A stretch of 64,000 nucleotides of DNA, taken from a virus. Its lineage: Duplodnaviria; Caudoviricetes. The position numbers and the translations under genes were made by a program. The notes beneath the pieces are model-generated. The model had not been told where the DNA came from. It worked only from the letters and a program-made list of their open reading frames with translations, and searched no databases. How positions within the stretch are numbered: position 1 is the stretch's first letter; every line of letters begins with the position of its first letter. The stretch covers positions 1 to 64,000 of IMG/VR virus record IMGVR_UViG_3300047576_000027. The stretch is one strand, 5' to 3'. Below are positions 57,809-64,000 of this stretch, in pieces.

Positions 57809-60800
57809 TTAGGTCTTAAAAACTGCAAGTGAAATATAACTATCTTCCACCCATTGTTTTGTCTCTATCGTGAAGTCATCAGTAAACAGGGCGAAGTTCA
57901 CACCGCCACCGTCCAGCATGTACGCTGCGGACAGAAATTTAATTGCCTGTGGGAGCATTTGTTCCTGGATCATGAACTGGCCGCCAGTTGAGGGTATAGT
58001 AACCACGAAAGACACTCCGTTTTGCTGCTGAATGGTGAAGGTAACAGGAGCGGTACTTATAAGTCCAGCGTATAATCTTTTGTGTGTTTTCCATCCCGGA
58101 AAGGCTAATGAAATGAACTGCGTCAGTACTCTTGTACTCAGAAAAGGCTGAATGTAAAAAGCAGGCTCAACGGCATATATACGTGGTCCGTCAGGACCGC
58201 CGCTCCAACTGAGTTTGATGGATATATTCCGGTACAAAGCCAGTTCTCCCGGCACCGAGGAAATATTCACGATATTTTGCTGTCGCGCCGCGACGGAAGT
58301 GACGTTGACAACAGGCGAGTTAATTGAATTGTTGTTATAAAACTGAGCAGTCGCGATAACTCCCGCCTGATCTGAATCCACTATCCAGTCAGTAGGTAAC
58401 TTTTGTGTTCTTTCATCCCCCCCATCCAAAGAAGGAATCTGCAACAAAGAATTTATCGTCGCCCCATTGTCCGTATCGCCGCCGACCTGGTACAGATTCC
58501 CCAATGTCCGCGATAACTGGATAATCTGCATATTATTCGGTGAGTTTACCAGCCCCTCAACCAGATACTCGTACGACATCGGATCGTTGAATGAATGCGG
58601 AAACCATCGTTTCTTCGGGATCTCGAAGCGGAACGTGACCTGATTGCCCTCGGTGTCCAGATACAAAAAACTAATCTCGTTATCAAGACACGACAACCGC
58701 ATAAACGAAGTCTGCGTCATGTCCACCGGATAGAGGCCGTTCGTCACCGCTGCGGGTTGTCCTTCGTGAGGAAACAGCGGGTAAAGTTTTGGATCGGTGA
58801 CATTTTCCCCCGCCCTGATCGGTCCAGCGATAAATCCCGTCGCGCCCGATGGCATACGCCCCATCTGGCCCCCGGCAGATTCCCCATTTGCACCAGAACC
58901 CGGAAGGCGACGGGAGCCGGACGAATTGGTACGGCGACTGACCCTCCAGCGCCTGGATAAAAGAATAGCGGACGAGAAAGGTGTTTAGTCGTGATCCGGC
59001 AAACACCAAACCGTTCCATACTTCGCCGGTCACCAGCGGTTCACTGGGTCCGGAAAGTTCGATGGTATTCTGGTCGCTCACACCATCGAGATTGGCGGTA
59101 TTTGTGAAATAGAGCGTCCCCGCATTTACCAGGTCTCCCAACCCGAATGCCACAGGGGCAAAGGGGCCTTCCAGTGGCCCGAATACAATCGGCAACGGCT
59201 GGTTGGCGAGCGTAGGCGACTCGATGGAATAAGCGGCATTTGTCAGTACGCCAGCGTCTGACTGGATCTCAAGGTACGCGGGTGAATGCGGTTGCCCGCG
59301 TGTCAAATAAGCTACACCATTCAGCAGTATGATGGAATTCTGCAATAGATTGACATTGAACGTCGTACCGCTCACCCAGATGACCGAAGTGCCCACCACG
59401 TTCACCACGCCCGTCCATGCCAGTCCGAGAGTCGGCCACGGCTGAAGTTGGGTCAGATCGGGCGATGGGTTGGTGGCTATGGTTTCATCGGCCAGCCCGT
59501 CCGTGAACGAGTTCGGACTGGCGTTGTTGTTCTGCACCGACCCGACATAAACGAATTCGGTGAGTGTTCCGCCCTCGCGGTAGATGTCCGAATAATCGAC
59601 TCCGCCTGCTGTGGTTGTTGCCGGGGTGGCTACTATCGACTCCCGAAGCGGATCAAGCGAATATCGGGTTGTCGGCCCCGGAACTGAGAGTGCCCCGGTT
59701 GAGGAATCGCGGAAAACTGAATCGTAGAAGTACCCCGATGGCGCATTCGGCTGGATTACCGGCCCGTACGTACCGAAGAAATACCACCAGTCAAATCCCC
59801 AGTTGCAGACCCCCGTGGAGACGATTGTTATCCCGACCGCCTGAACGGCGGAAAAATCAAGGGCCAGATTGCCTCCGTTTTGAATCCCCTGCGAGATCGG
59901 AATGACGATTTCGCCCCAGACCCCGGCACTGTTCTGTCCAAATGAACCGAGATCCTTCTGCGTTAGATTCCATTGCCAGAAGTTGCCCGTGAACGGTGTT
60001 CCGCCCGTTGCTGTCGCGGGGTCAATATCAATCAACAGCGTAAGCGTAGCGACGGTGAGAGGAGTTTCAAGAAACAGCGAGATATGCAGGTAATCGTTCG
60101 CGGGGTCGATGGTCCGGCCGTTTGCGTTCAGGCAATTGACCGGCGACCCGAACTTGATCCGGGCCGTGCCCGTCCCCGCCGCCGATCCCGAGTATGCGAT
60201 GAAATTGAACAGCGATGTTATGGTTTCCGTGGTGGCGTGTGCCAGTGCCGTGTAACAGTACCAGGAAAGCAACCCCGTCACGACTGATCCGGCACCGGCG
60301 GCGAAGGTGTGGACTGTTGAGCATCGCACCGAATAGGCGGTGCCGTCCGGTGAAAGAACGACGGAGAGAACGCGAATCACGTCTGTATGTGTTCCGTCTG
60401 CAATCTGAATAAGGGAGTTCCTGTCCAGACCGCCCGGCAAGCCGTTCAGCACCAGAGAACACAACCCGGTCGATCCTGAGTCGTACTGGATAGCCTGCAC
60501 ATAGGAGGTCGCGATGGGGGTGTGAATCTCGCGAATCGTAACCGTTTCCTGGTTCCCGCCGCCTGAGTTGAGGACGATATTCATCCTCGCCCCGGTCCAG
60601 TTTGTTACGCCCGCAGACGGATTGATACATGCCCATCCCGCCGTACCTGAGTTGTAAAGGATATTCGCGATGGTGAATGCCCCGCCGTTGGTACGATCCT
60701 CGCCACCAGTGATACTCACGAAAGGGAGGGAAACGGTCCAGCCTACCGCCGAATTACCAGTCTCGACGGCGACGGATGCCGGGATGCCGAAATCGATGTT

Positions 60801-61265
60801 CGGGGCAGCATTCGGCGGGGTTACCCCGATTGCCCTCAGCGTCCCGTCCGCGCGGACTTTTACCTGCTTGTCCTGGTCGTAAACATACATCCACGATTCG
60901 GGTGAATTGTTGGGACGAAACGGGATCAGAGATAAAGGATTACCGGAGTAGCCAGAATCGATCTCGGCCAGAGCGGTTTCCTGGCCCTCCCACAGTTGAG
61001 TGCCGTTGCCGACAATGTAGGTGTAACCGGATGATACAAGGGATTCGTCCGGGTCGTTCAGTCGGCGGATTGAGTGCAGGAGTTTCGGGCCTCCGACGCC
61101 GGCTCCGAAAACCGAATAACCTGGCCGACCGTCGATTCGGCCTTCAGAGATGACTCTTGTGTTGAAAAGGTAGGGGAATGAACCTGGCGGCATCCGGTCT
61201 ACCGGATGCACGAGGTCTATGCCGGAACAATCCATCCGGACCGGCAGTCTTTGAACTTCGGGCAA
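57809..61265 (-). CDS. Tail nozzle (P22 gp10 / T7 gp12-like), split by a +1 frameshift at 58807-58811
   Basis: GID...DRMPPG....L.N.R...GRI..RPG N-terminus. ...GRDGIYRW runs into off-frame text, while ORF 57809-58864 continues GENVTDPKL. Confidence 0.65.
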
Positions 61266-61444
61266 ATTTCAGTTTAGCGGATTGTCCGTCAGCAGTTTTT
61301 ACCCAACCCTCTTCATCATCCGCTCCAACTCCATCACCTGAATATCCTGGCTCTCCATCAGCGTCAGATGCAGGAACAGATTCGCGTCCTGGTCGCGTTC
61401 GGCCAGTTCTTTGAACTTCATGAGCGTGATCCACCATGTAGCGG

Positions 61445-61618
61445 TCACTTCACCCTCCACTTATGGGAACGACGGGGACTGATGACTGTCAATCGCCCAC
61501 AAGAGACGCATGTGACACAGTAGTTTTCAGGGGGCCATACCCAGACGTGCGTGTACCCACAATGACAGCATCGGAGCATTCCGTAGGCCCACTTCTCATC
61601 GTGGTGACGATGGGTCAC
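61445..61618 (-). CDS. Small Zn-ribbon protein
   Basis: CCHCG..CVSCG; GTG overlaps the upstream TGA. Confidence 0.45.
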   Translation of the reverse strand: MTHRHHDEKWAYGMLRCCHCGYTHVWVWPPENYCVTCVSCGRLTVISPRRSHKWRVK

Positions 61619-62949
61619 TTCACCCCCGCCATCGGCCTGATATCCGGTCGCATCCCTTCTTCGCGCTGCCACTGGCCGAAAAGCGGTTCAAAGTATTTTA
61701 TCTTCGCGGCGTTTACGCCCTTCCGCGTCGAAACGGCACGCATGAAGTTATCGTACAGTTCCATCGTGGCCTTGAGTTCCGTACCGCCGCACTTAACGAG
61801 CAGATAATTACAGCAATAATCGATAACGTCCTGAAGGTTTTCTTCCCCGATCTGAAGGTATTGATTTGCAGTCGGCAACGGTGCCGGGGTCACCACGTCG
61901 GCACCAATGGAATAGGGTTGATCGACCGCGCCAGGGTTAATGACAGCGAAGTCGTAGAGGATACCAGCCATCTGCGGAATCCCGATCTGGTTGCGCCAAA
62001 ACGGGCACCCGGCATCGATGGCGGCCAGAGAATCGATCAGCAACGGATTTCCGTTACAGGTGAGCCGAATGATGGAACGGGCATCGCGGGCGAAAGCTAC
62101 CGCCTGCTTGTAGCGCTGGGATGCATATTGGGCACGGAGGGGATCTACGATCTGATTCCCGCCGGTCAGAATTTCCTCCATCGCCGCATATTTGATGGCG
62201 TAACACCATTCGTCCGGCACACCGATCAATGATGCGGGATTGGTAATATCAATCAGCAACGAATCGACCGTCACCGCTTCCAGTGTCCCGGCATTGAGCG
62301 GCGGGGGATACATCTGCAATACGAGCGGTGCAAGTTCGGCTTCCGAGTACGCCAGCGGCGCGCCGGGATCGACTTCCCATGCCTCGCTGGAATGGTCGAA
62401 CATCCATACGTCGTCGCGCCATAGATTCGACCATGCGCCGCCCGAATCCTGCCACGAGACACGGTGAACGAATACCGATGACTGGTCGAAACTCACGAGG
62501 CCGTTGGGTGGGGATACCGGTTCAAAATCGAAATGGACAGCGTTCGGGAAGTGTACGTCCAGGATGAATCTGTTCCGGGCACGCTGGATCGCTCCAGGGA
62601 TTGCAGATATCGGGACTTGCCCCGATGCATTCGCACCCGAGATGCCACTCGCCGGTTCGAGAAGGTGGTATTGAATCTCAGTTGTGAGTTGAGAGAGCGT
62701 CGTGGTCCGCGAGCGCAGAAGCGGGAGTTTTTGGCTCAGGTCGTAGAATGGACTGCGATCAGTCGGGCGAGCGTTAAAGGACCCTCTTTGACGCCAGAAA
62801 CTTGTGAGCGAACCAAAGACGCGGAGAGCCTCGTAGATTGCGTATGTGATTTCCGGTACAGTCCAAAAAACGGCGCTAGAATCATCGAGTAAAGAGGATA
62901 TCTGCGATATCAACTGCGTCAGCGTGATCTGACTGTAGCCGCTCGGCAC
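61615..62949 (-). CDS. Head-tail adaptor (P22 gp4 / T7 gp11-like, apparently duplicated domain)
   Basis: TL.QLISQI..LLDD....FWT..EI..AI.EAL; L.MYPPP; .PDEW..AIKYAA; second TL.QL..EIQ start. Confidence 0.65.
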   Translation of the reverse strand: MPSGYSQITLTQLISQISSLLDDSSAVFWTVPEITYAIYEALRVFGSLTSFWRQRGSFNARPTDRSPFYDLSQKLPLLRSRTTTLSQLTTEIQYHLLEPASGISGANASGQVPISAIPGAIQRARNRFILDVHFPNAVHFDFEPVSPPNGLVSFDQSSVFVHRVSWQDSGGAWSNLWRDDVWMFDHSSEAWEVDPGAPLAYSEAELAPLVLQMYPPPLNAGTLEAVTVDSLLIDITNPASLIGVPDEWCYAIKYAAMEEILTGGNQIVDPLRAQYASQRYKQAVAFARDARSIIRLTCNGNPLLIDSLAAIDAGCPFWRNQIGIPQMAGILYDFAVINPGAVDQPYSIGADVVTPAPLPTANQYLQIGEENLQDVIDYCCNYLLVKCGGTELKATMELYDNFMRAVSTRKGVNAAKIKYFEPLFGQWQREEGMRPDIRPMAGVK

Positions 62950-63050
62950 TATGGACTTAGGTTACCGCAGTTTACAGGAGCCCATCCCCATCACCTCAAG
63001 AGCCATCCGGAGATTGTCCAGTGCTTCACAGGTGACTCCGGGCATCGTCA

Positions 63051-63242
63051 CTACTTCTTCGTATACCCGTTCTTCGGAGCAGGGGAATCCATCGTCGCTC
63101 CCGGCTTCTCCTGGGCGCGACCCAGTTTTGAACTGTCGGGGTAAACCTTCACCGGCATCTCGCGGTCGCCGGCGGATGCGCTGGTGTTCGGAACGGGTGA
63201 ATCCATTGAATTGCTTTTTCCGGGGGCTGTTTCGGTCATATT
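63051..63242 (-). CDS. Small low-complexity protein
   Basis: AGGAG SD; MTETAPGK.., MDSP repeated twice. Confidence 0.45.
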   Translation of the reverse strand, partial: NMTETAPGKSNSMDSPVPNTSASAGDREMPVKVYPDSSKLGRAQEKPGATMDSPAPKNGYTKK

Positions 63243-63273
63243 GAGTTCTCCTGTTTTAGAGTTTAGCGCAATG

Positions 63274-64000
63274 TCAATTACAGAACCACCCTGTATAGCC
63301 GTAAACATAAGTGCAATCCACGCTGCCCAATGCAGGTACGGTGGCATTGAGAACCGTCAACGGAGAAAAGGTCGTATTGATAAACGTGATCCTCCTTTGA
63401 TCCCAGCCGCGCGCTATAGAGGTTAAAGCCGTGCTGCCCGTAAGTCCGATAACTGCCGGATCGAGTGGGCCGGGGTCGAACGATGCGGCACTGGCCATAG
63501 TGGGAACGGTTGGTGCTCCGACATTATTTGCATAGACCCTATACGGGGTGGTTGACGAGTCCGTGAGGGGGCCGTTCGCATTTCCGCTGAGTTGGTTGCC
63601 GGTAACCGACCAGTTTGACACTCCAGAACCAATCGCAATACCGTAAGACTGAGTCGTTCCAACGTCGTAATAAGAACCGTTGAACTGACCACCGGTTATG
63701 TTCAAGCTCGTGACATTCCCTGCTGCGTACAGGCCATCGTACACGCCAATGCTGGCTATGCTGTTGCCAAGCGACCAAGCCCCGTTAATGGTGATGTTTG
63801 TACCTCCCAGGATGTCAAACCCGTGGTGGCCGTTTATCACCGACTTATAGTCGGTAAATTTTATCTGCGAAATCGTCCCCGTGCTGCCAATGTAAACCCC
63901 GTCCTGCGTGGCGCAAGCCGACGCTGAATTCGCGAATATCCAATCGTTAACTATCCCCCCTGGCGGCGGGTTGATTACAAGCCCCTGCCCCGGATTGCAG
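63274..64000 (-). CDS. C-terminal part of another beta-helix tailspike-like protein (start beyond the window)
   Basis: Open frame to the window edge; N/G/I-rich coils, TQSYGI.I, GN.L.GN; C-terminal GWDQRRITFIN. Confidence 0.7.
   Translation of the reverse strand, partial: CNPGQGLVINPPPGGIVNDWIFANSASACATQDGVYIGSTGTISQIKFTDYKSVINGHHGFDILGGTNITINGAWSLGNSIASIGVYDGLYAAGNVTSLNITGGQFNGSYYDVGTTQSYGIAIGSGVSNWSVTGNQLSGNANGPLTDSSTTPYRVYANNVGAPTVPTMASAASFDPGPLDPAVIGLTGSTALTSIARGWDQRRITFINTTFSPLTVLNATVPALGSVDCTYVYGYTGWFCN

Noticed and set aside
1-64000. Integrase, att sites, IS elements, terminase or capsid genes
   Set aside because: No supporting motifs seen, so lifestyle (temperate versus lytic) cannot be determined from this window

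Overview
This 64 kb window looks like part of one large tailed-phage (or prophage) genome. I see no host housekeeping genes, integrase, terminase, portal or capsid gene, so those would lie outside the window. Left part (1-29.8 kb, mostly + strand): DNA metabolism and accessory genes, including a SNF2-like helicase, YqaJ exonuclease, ParB-like protein, DEDDh exonuclease, Gp3-like recombination protein, RlaP/NrdC.11-type nucleotidyltransferase, DEAD helicase, VRR-NUC, HNH nucleases, a Nudix hydrolase, a 14x57-bp LRR-like repeat protein, a sulfotransferase-GT4 pair, a GH24 endolysin, and a hyperplastic ORF array built from shared boundary repeats. Right part (29.8-64 kb): a P22-like podoviral tail/ejection block on the - strand (adaptor, nozzle, needle/collar fibre, GNAT, three ejection proteins), interleaved with + strand operons of glycosyltransferases and methyltransferases. 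The most striking signal is that all eight genes in two tailspike/tail-fibre/depolymerase modules start with Sec-type signal peptides and most carry closely spaced Cys pairs; two also share a C-terminal hexapeptide-like tag. This suggests receptor-binding appendages that are exported, fold in the periplasm and join virions outside the cytoplasm. Also notable: two atypical CCA-ending tRNA-like RNAs, a further structured intergenic RNA, widespread leaderless-type promoters, and three +1 homopolymer frameshifts that may be assembly errors. An Acidobacteriota-like Gram-negative host is only a guess from protein style. All family assignments come from motif recognition by eye, not from database searches.
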